DNA of 64,000 bases from Longimicrobiales bacterium. GTDB lineage: Bacteria; Gemmatimonadota; Gemmatimonadetes; Longimicrobiales; Gaopeijiaceae. Of this stretch, positions 29,334 to 40,265 are shown piece after piece. Both the position numbers and the translations under genes were made by a program. The stretch is taken from positions 1,920,001-1,984,000 of the forward strand of contig CBDDCX010000008.1 in assembly GCA_965226375.1 (NCBI GenBank). The letters run 5' to 3'. The notes below the pieces were generated by a model, which saw only the letters and a list, made by a program, of their open reading frames with translations, was not told the DNA's origin and did no database searches. How positions within the stretch are numbered: position 1 is the first letter of the stretch; every line of letters starts with the position of its first letter.

Positions 29334-29969
29334 GTGACTACGCACGGGAGACGAGAGGCGGTCTTCGCCCAAGCGATGGCCATCGCGGCGTTCATCATCA
29401 TTCCAGTCCTCATCACCTCCCAGGAAGTGCGCGCTCAGGAGCGTCAACGGTTGGTCGTCTCCGATTCGGTCCGGCTCCGCACTCCCCCCACCATCTCGCC
29501 CCAGAGTGGAGGCTCAGGTACCGAGGTGACGGTCAGCGCCATCAACCTGCCCGCCATCACGCCGGTGCAGATCGGCATCGGAGCGATCGGAACCGGCTTC
29601 GAGGTCCTTCATCAGCTCATGACGAATCCGCGAGGAGAGATCACAGATACGGTCCAAGTCCCCCGCTGGGTCACGACGGACAGATCCCACGTCTTTATCG
29701 TTTTCGACATCTACTTCCGTCCCCTCTCCATGTCAGAGCCGTTCCACGTGACGGATCGAAACGGTCTCTTCAGCAGAGCCGGGCGCATTTCCAGACAGGA
29801 TGCAGCGTGCACGACTCTGGTCGCCGACGACGATCAGTTGTACTCGCTGCACGGTGACCTTCGTGGACTGCGGCCCGAGGACGAAGTGATCGTGCAGGGC
29901 ACGTTGGCCGAGGCCTCAGCGTGCGGACAGGGCACCGCCATAGACGTGGTTCGGATTCGGCGCCCGTAG
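29334..29969 (+). CDS. Secreted hypothetical protein (DUF5818-like C-terminus)
   Basis: Signal-like segment; CTTLVADDDQLYSL...VQGTLAEASACGQG. Confidence 0.6.
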   Translation: MTTHGRREAVFAQAMAIAAFIIIPVLITSQEVRAQERQRLVVSDSVRLRTPPTISPQSGGSGTEVTVSAINLPAITPVQIGIGAIGTGFEVLHQLMTNPRGEITDTVQVPRWVTTDRSHVFIVFDIYFRPLSMSEPFHVTDRNGLFSRAGRISRQDAACTTLVADDDQLYSLHGDLRGLRPEDEVIVQGTLAEASACGQGTAIDVVRIRRP

Positions 29970-30007
29970 GTGGGTGGAGCGTTCTCCTTCCGACCGGGTG
30001 AGTGAGC

Positions 30008-30616
30008 GTGCTCATCAAACAGGAGACGCTGAGAGGTGTGGCGGCAGGGAGTATCACGCTCGCCTTCAGGCGGTGGCGCCGTCCCACGGTCAAGGCCGGG
30101 GGCACGCTCCTTACGACCGCCGGCCTGTTGGCCATCGACTCCGTCGAACAGGTGGACCTGGGAGACGTCACCGAGGGTGAGGCAGTGAAGGCCGGCTTCT
30201 CCGACCTGGCGGAGTTGCACTCGGTCCTCCGAAGACACACCGAGGGCTCGATCTACCGCATCAGCTTGCGCCCCGCCGGTCCGGATCCCAGGATCGCGCT
30301 TCGCGATAAGGTGCCGGAGGACCCTGAGGAGCTCGCTGCGCTACGTGCCCGTATGGCCCGCTGGGATGAGGGAAGCAAAGCCGGGCCCTGGACTCGCGCG
30401 GTACTGTCTCTTCTCCAGAGGAAACCCGCGATAAGGGCGGCCGATCTATCCACCGATATCGGCATGGATAAGGATCGATTCAAGGCAAACGTTCGAAAGC
30501 TCAAGGGACTCGGCCTGACCGAGAGCCTCGAGGTGGGTTATCGCCTATCCGCTAGAGGTGAGGCCGTGCTCGCTTTCATCCAAGAGGACGAGAGGCAAAG
30601 AGGAGGGCACGGATGA
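30008..30616 (+). CDS. ASCH-like / winged-helix conserved protein
   Basis: GSITLAFRRWRRPTVKAG...FKANVRKLKGLGLTESLEVGYRLS. Confidence 0.75.
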   Translation: MLIKQETLRGVAAGSITLAFRRWRRPTVKAGGTLLTTAGLLAIDSVEQVDLGDVTEGEAVKAGFSDLAELHSVLRRHTEGSIYRISLRPAGPDPRIALRDKVPEDPEELAALRARMARWDEGSKAGPWTRAVLSLLQRKPAIRAADLSTDIGMDKDRFKANVRKLKGLGLTESLEVGYRLSARGEAVLAFIQEDERQRGGHG

Positions 30617-30963
30617 TCAGGAGCTTGGAGTGGCGCTACCACCGCCCCGGCTGACAGAGCTGCAAACGCACGCAGGAGTTTCTTGCGCAAAACGACATCG
30701 GTGATGGAGTCGTGCAGACGACGACCAAGAACCCGTTGGCGGGCGACGCCGCCCTTGCGGTGCTCGAGGGTGTCACGGAGCTCTTCGTGGCGAAGGGAAA
30801 GAACGTCCTCCACTTCGACCTCGAGGCGGAGTCGCTCACCGACGACGAGCTGCTGGACCTGCTTCTGGGTCGCTCGGGAAAGCTTCGGGCACCGACCATC
30901 AGATCAGGAAGCCGCCTTCTCGTGGGCTACAATCATGAGCTCCTCGCCACGACTCTGCTCTAG
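30613..30963 (+). CDS. ArsC-family selenoprotein (UxxC)
   Basis: ATG 30613 after AGGAGG: MIRSLEWRYHRPG-TGA(30652)-QSCKRT...LGRSGKLRAPTIRSG..LLVGYN; hairpin downstream of the TGA. Confidence 0.85.
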
Positions 30964-31216
30964 GGGACAGGGCCTCCACACACCCGTTGCCAGGGGATCA
31001 GTGAGCATGACGCAACCGGCACACCGAAGCAGAAGGGAAGTGCGAAGGGGGACTAGGCCCCGGCAGGTCGGCCCTGGCGCCAAGGGCGGGGGCCGCCCAC
31101 GTTCGGCCGTGAAGCCTCATTGAGACAGGGCCACGTCAAGCGCGAGATACGACCGTCGAGATCCACCGGCGAGATCGACGGCCTCGTCGACCCACTCGAG
31201 GGTGAAGGAAGAGTCG

Positions 31217-31468
31217 ATGCCGATCTACGAATATTCCTGCTCGGAATGTGAAAACCAGTTCGAGGAGTTGGTGCGCGGGGAAGAAACCGCTCGGTGTCCC
31301 TCGTGTGGAAGCGAGGACCTCGAGCGCCTCATGTCTCTGCCGAGGGTCCGCTCCGAGTCCACCAAGGCACTGAGCATGCGGGCTGCCAAGAAGCGAGACG
31401 CGGGGCAGGCAGAAGACCGCATGCAGGACCGGATGCACTACGAAAAGAGTCACGACCGACACGGGTAA
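31217..31468 (+). CDS. FmdB-family zinc-ribbon protein
   Basis: MPIYEYSCSEC...CPSCGS. Confidence 0.9.
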   Translation: MPIYEYSCSECENQFEELVRGEETARCPSCGSEDLERLMSLPRVRSESTKALSMRAAKKRDAGQAEDRMQDRMHYEKSHDRHG

Positions 31469-31496
31469 AGGGTTCGTGAGCCCTTCGGGAGCGGAT

Positions 31497-31952
31497 ATGG
31501 ACACGCCATCGGACCCTTCTTCCCCTCTCGGCCGCGCTGCGGCTCTTTGTCTCAGGCTGGCCCTCGCGACAGCCTTCCTCTCCGCGGTAGCCGACCGTTT
31601 CGGCCTCTGGGGCGAGCGCGGTGACCCGGGCGTGGCCTGGGGTGATTTCGATCACTTCCTGACCTATACGGCGTCCCTGTTGCCGTTTCTGCCCGAAGCG
31701 GGAGTGACACTCATCGGGTGGACGGCGACCGTTTCCGAGGTGGTTCTGAGCCTGGCTCTTCTGGTAGGGTTCAAAGTGCGGGCGGCGGCCGCCGGAAGCG
31801 GCCTGTTACTCCTGACCTTTGCGCTGGGCATGGTGCTGGGGGACGGTCCGAAGGCTCCTCTGGACGCCTCCGTGTTTACCGCGTCGGCCGGCGCACTCCT
31901 GTTATGCGTGTATCCACAGAGTTATCTGAGCCTGGATGGGAGAGGCCGCTAG
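31497..31952 (+). CDS. DoxX-like membrane protein
   Basis: LRLALATAFLSAVADRFGLWG...WGDFDHFLTY. Confidence 0.8.
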   Translation: MDTPSDPSSPLGRAAALCLRLALATAFLSAVADRFGLWGERGDPGVAWGDFDHFLTYTASLLPFLPEAGVTLIGWTATVSEVVLSLALLVGFKVRAAAAGSGLLLLTFALGMVLGDGPKAPLDASVFTASAGALLLCVYPQSYLSLDGRGR

Positions 31953-32098
31953 GGTCTCAGCGCTGGCCGCGGCAGGCGCGGAGGTCGTGGCCGCCGACGA
32001 CCCTCTCCGAGTGGCTCGCTGTGAACGCAAGTCAGATCCCGATCGAGTAGACCGTCCAGGGCAAGGAGACCCCATCGAGACGCTTTCGAGGTAGCTGA

Positions 32099-33307
32099 GT
32101 GCCGGTTCCCTCCCTCCCCCTCGATCAGGTCGTTCGGCTCTGGTTTTATCGGCAGGGCCTGTCCGCGCCACGCGGCTCCTCGAAGCTCGGCAAACGTACG
32201 CTCACCGAGCACCTCGAACGGACCGGAGCACTCCAGCTGGACTCCGTCAACGTCGTCGACCGGGCCCACTACCTGACGCTCTGGAGCCGCTTCGGTGTGT
32301 ACGACCCCAAGCGCCTGGATCGCTTGGTCTATGGAGACAAGGTGGGCTTCGACTACTGGGGACACGAAGCCTCGATCCGGCCGCTCTCGCACCTTCCGCT
32401 GGGCCGTCGACGGATGCGCAGCTTCCCTCCGAAGAGCTGGAGCGGCAAGTCGTGGTGGAGCGTGTACGAGACCTCGACCACATCGAAGCGCCGGGTCTTG
32501 AAACGGCTCCGAGACGAAGGACCGCTGGAGAGCGTCGATTTCGAGAGACACCCCGGAGAACGCACTGACCCACGGGGAGGTAGCCTGCCCCTCCCGAAGG
32601 AGGACAAGCGGTCCCTCAAGGTGCTCTGGCACGCCGGGCGGGTGGGGATACGGGCGCGCCGACACTTCCGATGTGTGTACGACCTGGCGGAGAGGGTGTA
32701 TCCCCCGGGGTCCACCACGAGCACCACCGAGTTCGAGGATAGCTGGCTCCTTATCGGTCTCTCGGGCAACGGCGTCGCCAGTGAACGACACCTGGCGAAC
32801 TACTTCACCGCGCCCGATCTGAGCGCGCCGGACCGGAAGCGGGTGATCGCGCGCAACCTGAAGAATGGACGCATTGTTGAGGTCCGCGTGGCCGGTCTGC
32901 CGGGGCCGTTCTATGCGCTTCCCGAACACCTAGACGGGGCGGACGACCTTCCCGAGCCCGAAGGCACCACGCTCATCTGCCCGTTTGATTCCCTGCTATG
33001 GCAGAGAAAGCGAGCCGAACAGCTTCTGGGCTTCCACTATCGCATCGAGATCTATGTGCCAGCGGCAAAGCGGGAGTTCGGGTACTACGTGCTGCCCATC
33101 CTACATGACGGGAGACTCGTCGGGCGACTGGATCCGAAACTACACCGGGACCGGAACGAGTTGGAGATCAAAGCCATCTATCTGGAACCCGGCTTCGCGC
33201 AAAACGGGAGGTTCAACCGAGGCCTGGCGGAGACGCTCGAGAGCCTGCGGGAGCACCTAGGTGCCGACCGGCTCAGTCTTCCCAGGGGATGGGGTCGCCT
33301 CGGGTAG
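32099..33307 (+). CDS. AlkZ/YcaQ-like winged-helix DNA glycosylase (HTH_42)
   Basis: LQLDSVNVVDRAHY, WGHEAS, PFDSLLWQRKR, YRIEIYVP, FGYYVLPIL. Confidence 0.9.
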   Translation: MPVPSLPLDQVVRLWFYRQGLSAPRGSSKLGKRTLTEHLERTGALQLDSVNVVDRAHYLTLWSRFGVYDPKRLDRLVYGDKVGFDYWGHEASIRPLSHLPLGRRRMRSFPPKSWSGKSWWSVYETSTTSKRRVLKRLRDEGPLESVDFERHPGERTDPRGGSLPLPKEDKRSLKVLWHAGRVGIRARRHFRCVYDLAERVYPPGSTTSTTEFEDSWLLIGLSGNGVASERHLANYFTAPDLSAPDRKRVIARNLKNGRIVEVRVAGLPGPFYALPEHLDGADDLPEPEGTTLICPFDSLLWQRKRAEQLLGFHYRIEIYVPAAKREFGYYVLPILHDGRLVGRLDPKLHRDRNELEIKAIYLEPGFAQNGRFNRGLAETLESLREHLGADRLSLPRGWGRLG

Positions 33308-33361
33308 CGCCCGGACGCTCAGTCGGCAGGGCAAGGCGCGTCGGACGGCTTGCCAGCGCCT

Positions 33362-34933
33362 TCAAGGGGGGCCAGCCTCCGTTTCGGGACCCAGGTCGGT
33401 CGTCCCCGCGAGGCGTGCCCGGAACTGGGACTCCCTCTCCGGGGAGAGTGTGGTAAACAGTGAGACGGCGGGAACTACGAGCAGTGGAACCACCGTGGTT
33501 ACATAGGCCGGATCGAGCCCCTCGCCCTGCCCCGTCAGCAGCGTCACCAGTAGTCGAACCGGAGCGGACGCCCCTTCCGGGGCCAGCAGACCGATCCAGA
33601 GGGCCCATTTGACCAGAGCGAACCAGACCACCCCGGCTGCATAGCCCGTGAGCATTCCCCAGTAGGCGCCCTGCTCGGTGGTCCGCCGCCAATAGAGTAC
33701 GAACGCGACCACGATCGCCGCCGGCAGCACCATCGCGAACGCGAAGAGGAGCAGGTCCAGGATCGAGACCCGGGTGCTCATCGCGATCCACCAGGCAATC
33801 ACTGCCGATACGAAGGCGAACGCCACGGTGACCGCCCGGTAGGCACGTAGCCTCCGCTCAGACGAGTATGCCGTCGCCGCGGGGATCCAGTCCCGAACGA
33901 ACATGGTGGCGCTCGACAAGAGGATGGGCCCGCCAGACGAGATGACCGCCGCCAGTACGGCGGCGAGGGCGATTCCCCCCATGACGGGGCTGATCTCGGC
34001 CGCCAGGGTGGTCAGGTTTCGGTAGCCGGCCAGTCCCGATTCCGGTCCGAAGCGGGCCACCGTAAGGATGCCGACGAGCCCCGCGAGCACGGGCATCAGA
34101 GCGGCGATGGCTCCGCCGGCGATGAACGCGGGCGCCAGGCTTCGCTCGTTCCGAATCGCAGTAGAGTAGTTGGCGTAGATCGACGCGGCGGGAGAGTGGA
34201 CCGTCGCGGAGAAAAACATGGCCAGAATCGCCATCCAACCTCCTCCGGCAAAGCCCCACCACCTCGCCTGGGAGCCGGAGGACGATGCCAACTGCGCGTT
34301 CACCTGCTCCGTCACGGACTCCCATCCACCAAGCTCGCGGAGACCGAGGATCCCCACCGCGAACAGGGACCCAAGGATCACGATGCAGTGGATGACATTG
34401 GTGACGGCCGTGCCCCAAAGGCCACCAAGAGACACATACGTGGCCAGGACCACGGCGGCGATCAGCGTACCGTGCAGCATGGAGAGGGGCGTCAGCGAGC
34501 TGATGATGACACCGATGACGTACGCCTCAATCACGATGATTATGGCGTACTCGGTCTGCACACATAAGCTCGTCAGCCACTGGCATCGCTTAGAGCCGAA
34601 GCGGATCAAGAACAGTTCGCCTACGGTTTGGAGCCGCAACCGCCGGTAATAGACGGCGAAGGCGAGACCCACCAGCACGAGGGCGGCGAAAGAGCTGATC
34701 CCGTACCACCACATGTTCCAGACACCACCGGTCACGACATCGCCGGCTACACCGTACGTGCCGGCACCTCCGATACGCGCCCCCGCGAGGCCGAAGGCCA
34801 CGAGCACTCCCGACATGCCTCCACTGGCCACGGCCCAGTCGCTGGAGCCTTTCGATCGCCTGGCCATGAGGGCGCCCACGACGGTGACGCCAATCAGGTA
34901 GAGGACGATGACAGTGACTGCGATGTAGTCCAC
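33362..34933 (-). CDS. Sodium:solute symporter family protein
   Basis: Multi-TM protein; YVSLGGLWGTAVTN, AAVLAAVISS, WRRTTEQGA. Confidence 0.9.
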   Translation of the reverse strand: MDYIAVTVIVLYLIGVTVVGALMARRSKGSSDWAVASGGMSGVLVAFGLAGARIGGAGTYGVAGDVVTGGVWNMWWYGISSFAALVLVGLAFAVYYRRLRLQTVGELFLIRFGSKRCQWLTSLCVQTEYAIIIVIEAYVIGVIISSLTPLSMLHGTLIAAVVLATYVSLGGLWGTAVTNVIHCIVILGSLFAVGILGLRELGGWESVTEQVNAQLASSSGSQARWWGFAGGGWMAILAMFFSATVHSPAASIYANYSTAIRNERSLAPAFIAGGAIAALMPVLAGLVGILTVARFGPESGLAGYRNLTTLAAEISPVMGGIALAAVLAAVISSGGPILLSSATMFVRDWIPAATAYSSERRLRAYRAVTVAFAFVSAVIAWWIAMSTRVSILDLLLFAFAMVLPAAIVVAFVLYWRRTTEQGAYWGMLTGYAAGVVWFALVKWALWIGLLAPEGASAPVRLLVTLLTGQGEGLDPAYVTTVVPLLVVPAVSLFTTLSPERESQFRARLAGTTDLGPETEAGPP

Positions 34934-35227
34934 TCAGGCTCCCAACGCGAAGTACGGCCCCGACCGAGCGCTCCAGGAGCCACCACGGGGCAGCGGGGCG
35001 ATACCCGGGGCCGTGAAGCAACCGACTCGGCCGAGTGGGATAACCTCCGGGGGGCCGTCATGCAAACGAACTGCCCTCCCTCGTGAAGGGCAGCCCCGTC
35101 GACGGCCGAGCACACTATGCACCCGCCGAGCCCGGACGAAGCACTACCAGTGGGACCCTCAGAGGCTCTCGGGGTATTCGGTTCTCCACGGGACGAATAG
35201 CGTCGCCCTGCCGCTTTAGGTAAACCG

Positions 35228-38200
35228 ATGTCCAATTCTTCATCGACACAGTTTCCGTTCAGAACCCGCCTTAGCCTGACGCACCTAATCCCTCTCTGCC
35301 AACGTACGTGAGACACGGAGCACGCAAAGAATTAGAGTAGGGCGAAGGCAGAGAAAACGAACATGTTGGGACTGCGAGAGAGAATGGCAGAGAATGGTAG
35401 TGCCCCTGGAACCGGGGAGGCCAAGCGAAGCGCGGCAGCTCCTGCGGACCCGGAGGTAGTAGATAGGCCGCTACGGCGGCGGTTCAGTCCGTCGTACAAG
35501 CTGCGGATCGTCGAAGAAGCGGACCGGTGCACCGAGCCCGGCGAGGTGGGTCAAGTCCTGCGGCGAGAGGGCCTGTACTCGTCGCACCTGACGACGTGGC
35601 GCAAGGCGGCGCATAGCGGGTCGCTGAAGGCCCTGTCGAAGAAACGCGGCCGCAAGCCGGAGCGAAATCCGCTGGATGAGAAGGTACGCAAGCTGGAGCG
35701 GCGAAACGCACGGCTCGGGAATGAGCTCAGGAAGGCACACCTGATCATCGACGTGCAGGGAAAAGTTGCGGGGCTGCTGGGGATAAGCCTCGACGACGGG
35801 ACAAACTCTTGAAGGCGGCCGATGAGCTGGCTAAGCACGTCGGTGTAAAACCGGCGTGCGCGGCCCTCGAGGTCTCCCGATCGACGTTGTACCGTCGTCG
35901 AGGCCCATCAACCGGGCAACAGCAGCCCCGCCCGACGCCCGCCCGGGCATTGAGCGAGACGGAACGAGGCGAGGTCTTCGACACGCTGTGTTCGGAGCGG
36001 TTCGTGGACCGCTCACCCGCCGAGGTGGTGGCCACGCTGCTCGACGAAGAGGTCTACCTGTGCAGCGAACGCACGATGTATCGTGTTCTGGCCTCCGAGG
36101 TGCCGGTTCAGGAACGCCGGGCGCAGCGCACCCATCCCGAGTACAAGAAGCCCGAGTTGATGGCCACGGCGCCGAACCAGGTGTGGTCCTGGGATATCAC
36201 GCGGCTGCTCGGGCCGAAGAAGTGGAGCTATTACTACCTCTACGTCATCATGGACATCTACAGCCGCTACGTCGGGAACGCCGATCAGGTCATTGCCGGC
36301 AGGAAATCCGTGCTCCGCGAAGCATGGGCCGCTCATCCCGAACGCTTCGTCAGAGGTGTGCCGAAGCCCAAACCGCTCCCGGAGGCCGTCTTCATCAATC
36401 CTCCCATCCCTTCCCTCACCACACAGGACATTGCTCTCTAATTAATCCCGTAGAGTGTCCCATTGTCGTTGACAGGTTCCGAATCGACTTCTGGGAGCGT
36501 CAGAGCATCGATGAGAGTTCTCCGTACTCGGCTCTGGCAGGTGTGATCGTCAAAGAGCTGGAGGGGGCCCCAGAGCTCCGGAAGGCGATCGACGACGAGT
36601 CGGTACTCGACGGACACCGTGAATTGATCGACCTCATGATGACCGCCATGGTCCCGCCGGCTCGCCGCGACGACTACTACGCGATGGCGGTCAAACCCTT
36701 CGGCGACGTCCCGTTTTACGAGTCACCGGCATGGCAGAGACTCGGGTTCGAGGATGTCGCACAGTTCAAGGAACGTCTCAATATCCCGCCGGACCAGATG
36801 GCCTTCGGGAAGCTCATGTGGGCCTATGAGGCCCTCTTGGTATCGTGGCTGGGTATCGAGGCGGACCTCGACTACGCTCTCGTCTTGACGGTACATGACG
36901 AGGAGATCGGTCTCGACCGCTACTTCTCTCTGAACATCGATCCGCGCTTTGTTTCGGTGAGTCCCGTTCGAGACATCGAAAAGCCCTCGTCTGAGGACAT
37001 CGCAAGGCTGCTGGCCGAACCGACGGACCTGGACCTCTGGGCCGAGTTGCTTCCGCCCGACGCCTTCGAGTTCGAAGGGATGACGGTGCTTTCGGCGGTC
37101 GACGTGACGTTACATGAGGTGGTTTCGCGGCTAAAGAACGACCTCATCGAGAAGGACTCGATGGCCTCGCCGCAGAAGATCGATCGCCTGCAGCATCGCA
37201 TGCGGAATCTCATGGGCTCCCCCGACCTCAGCCTAGGACTGATCGCTTTTGACCGACGCGCTGACGTCGACGCGATCGAGGGAGCGCGAGCGGTGGGTAG
37301 GAGCCTCCTTCTCTGCGAGGAATGTGCCCCCAGTTGTCCCAATCGGGCCGAGTCATATTACGCAGGAGTCTTCGAGGGTACGGACCCCGTCATCGTGCGC
37401 GATCTGCGGCAGGTCGAGATCCGCACCGGCTACGAACTTCGCCTGCGGGAACACGGCCACCGAAGCCTGCTTCTGTACCCGCTCTACGTCGACGATCAAC
37501 TCGTCGGCCTTATGGAACTCGCATCGCCTGAATCGGGCGACCTGAACGCGTTCAACGCCCGCCGGCTCGTGGACGTTGTTCCACTCTTCGCGACCGCGCT
37601 AAAGCGGAATCTGGATGGACTTGAGGACCGCGTTCAGGCAGTCATCAAACGTAAGTACACCGCGATCCATTCGTCCGTCGAATGGCGTTTCCGAGAGGCG
37701 GCGCTGGGTTACCTAGAGGGACTGGAAGGCGGAGAAGCCAATCCAGAGCTGGAACAGATTGTTTTCCACGAGGTGTACCCGCTCTACGCGCTCGCCGACA
37801 TCCGCGGTTCATCGACGATCCGCAACGACGCTATCCGGGCTGATCTCAGTGAACAGCTACAGCTGGCACTTGATGTGATCAATGCCGCCGGTCAGATCCG
37901 ACCCCTTCCGGCACTGGAAGAAGTCGGGTACCTGATTGCGAGTCATCTAGGACGCATCGAGTCCGGGCTTCGGACTGAGGACGAGTCCGTCGTGCTCGAC
38001 CTTCTCCGGCGCGAGGTTGAGCCGCTGTTCGGGCAACTCTCGGCCTACGGGAGTGAAGTTGCTGAGAGGGTGGACGAGTATCGGGCTACCCTCGACCCTG
38101 AGTTGGACATCGTCTATCGGCGCCGTAAGGACTTCGAGCAGAGCGTAGCCAGGCTCAACGACTCCATCTCCACGACGTTGGACGCGGAGGAGGAGCGCGC

Positions 38201-38819
38201 CCAGGCGATGTTCCCCCACTTCTTCGAGAAGTTCAAGACGGACGGGGTCGACTACAATATCTATGCCGGCGCCGCATTACATGAAGATGGGGTCTTCGAC
38301 GAACTGTATCTGCGCAACCTCCGGATCTGGCAGCTCATGACGACCTGCCGGATCGACTGGGCACTCGACCGTATCAAGGACGACCTTCCGGTGCCGCTGG
38401 AGGCGACTCACCTGATCCTGGTACAGCACCACCCGCTGTCGATCCGATTCCGGGTGGACGAAAAGCGGTTCGACGTGGACGGGGCATACGACATCCGCTA
38501 CGAGATCGTCAAGAAACGGATCGACAAGGCTCTCATTCGGGGAAGCAGCGAGCGTGTTACTCAGCCGGGCCAGCTCGCCATCGTCTACTCCACGGCCAGC
38601 GAGGCCGCTGAATACCGGAGGTATGTCGAGTTCCTCCAGAGCAAGGGGTACTTCGCACCGGGGCTAGAGGAGCTCGAACTGGAGGACCTGCAGGGCATCT
38701 ACGGGCTCAAAGCACTCCGTGTCACCATCGCCGACCGCGAGGAGGTGGAGGATGCCCCGGATGTCGGTCGCCCGTCAGCTGAGGAGATCGAGCACGTCTT
38801 GACCGGGGGCCAGGCCTGA
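35228..38819 (+). pseudogene. Large GAF-domain protein interrupted near its N-terminus by an IS3-family element
   Basis: MSNSSSTQFPFRTRLSLTHLI / DFWERQ rejoins in frame across the IS; GAF-like segment SLLLYPLYVDDQLVGLMELAS. Confidence 0.8.
35291..36481 (+). mobile_element. IS3-family element, internally deleted copy
   Basis: Near-identical to 40266..41831 but lacks 375 bp of orfB; DR AATC at 35287 and 36482; orfA 35363..35812, orfB 35809..36441. Confidence 0.9.
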
Positions 38820-38848
38820 CAGAGCGCTCGCGCATCGCGTGACGTAGG

Positions 38849-39889
38849 TCATACGTTGAACCGAACGTGCATGATGTCGCCGTCAGAGACCACGTAGTCC
38901 TTCCCTTCGACCTGAAGTCGCCCTGCGTCCTTGACCGCCTGCTCGGAGCCGAGTTCCTTAAAGGCCTCATATGGAGTGACCTCGGCACGAATGAACCCGC
39001 GCTCGAGGTCCGAGTGGATCCGCCCCGCGGCGGGCCGGGCCGTGGTGCCACGCCGGATGGTCCACGCCCTCACTTCGTCCTCACCCACGGTGAAGAACGA
39101 GATGAGATCGAGCAGACCGTAAGCCGTGCGGATGAACCTGGCCAGAGCGGAGTCGCCCAGGCCGAGGTCATCCAGGAACACGGCTTGATCCTCGGCGTGG
39201 AGCCCGGCGATCTCGGCTTCCACGCTGGCGGAGAGCACGAGGCCCGCAGCCTCTAGCTCACTCAGACGGGAAGCCAGGTCCGAGGGCAGCGGGTCACCGG
39301 CACGGTCCTCGGCACGATTGAGGGCCACGAGGAGCGGCCGGTCCGAGAGCAAGCCATAGCCCTTCAGGTAATCCCGATTCAGATCGTCCGCCGGAACGGA
39401 TCGAAGCGGGCGCTCCTCCTCGAGTGCGGCTCGCATTGTCTCGAACGCAGCCACTTCCTGAGCGTCGGCCCGTTCCTTCTTCGCCCGCTCCAACCGTCGC
39501 TCCACGATCTCGAGATCGGCGAAGATGCTCTCCGTGTGAAACGCCTCGAGACCACCCATGGGATCGGGGGCACCCTCGATCGCGGGGTTGTCGAAGTCCC
39601 GGAGCACCAGGCACAGCGCCTCTTGATCCCGGATCTGTTGGAGGGCTCGCGCCGAGAGTCCCTTCTTCTCCGCACCGTGTTCTCCGGGGATGTCGCAGAA
39701 GCTCATCTCGGCATACGTGGTCTTCTTGGGCGAGAAGACCACGGAGAGCTCGTCGATGCGCCTATCCGGCACCCTCACGGTGCCCAGGCGCACTTCACCA
39801 CCGAACCCCACAGGCACGTCCAGACCCGTCATCGCATTGAATACCGTGGTCTTCCCAGAGCCCGCAAATCCAACCAAACCGATCTTCAT
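38849..39889 (-). CDS. ychF: YchF/Obg-like ATPase
   Basis: GFAGSGKTT, SFFTVGEDEVRAWT, AAGRIHSDLERGFIRAEV, EGKDYVVSDGD. Confidence 0.92.
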   Translation of the reverse strand: MKIGLVGFAGSGKTTVFNAMTGLDVPVGFGGEVRLGTVRVPDRRIDELSVVFSPKKTTYAEMSFCDIPGEHGAEKKGLSARALQQIRDQEALCLVLRDFDNPAIEGAPDPMGGLEAFHTESIFADLEIVERRLERAKKERADAQEVAAFETMRAALEEERPLRSVPADDLNRDYLKGYGLLSDRPLLVALNRAEDRAGDPLPSDLASRLSELEAAGLVLSASVEAEIAGLHAEDQAVFLDDLGLGDSALARFIRTAYGLLDLISFFTVGEDEVRAWTIRRGTTARPAAGRIHSDLERGFIRAEVTPYEAFKELGSEQAVKDAGRLQVEGKDYVVSDGDIMHVRFNV

Positions 39890-40265
39890 TACATCTCCGT
39901 CTTTTCAGGAAGCATACAGCATAGCGGAAACCGCGACGCATACCTGTCCGCTCGCAGACCGGGCATCCCGCCTATGGGAACAGTGGCAAATTTGTTTGCA
40001 GATGCCTGGACACAGGCTGGATTCCGAAAGGAATAATTTCGCCGATTCGGAAAACTATCCCTCCGTTTTCGGACTTTTCCACAACGAAAAAGCCCGTTGA
40101 TCGGCCCCTTTTCGCTGGCACGGATCTCGCTCTCCTCAAACCCTTGCAGTCCATTCCAAGCAGCATCTCCACCGGTCGTCCTCACCCCGAGGTGATGAGT
40201 CAGGAGAAGCTCCGAGCGGGAGATCTCCTTTGCGAATCTTCTCGTTCCCACCCCGTGCCGGATGC

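Noticed and set aside
35856..36481. N-terminal ~210 aa of the 987-aa ORF
   Set aside because: Off-frame IS sequence; the real N-terminus is at 35228, left of the IS.
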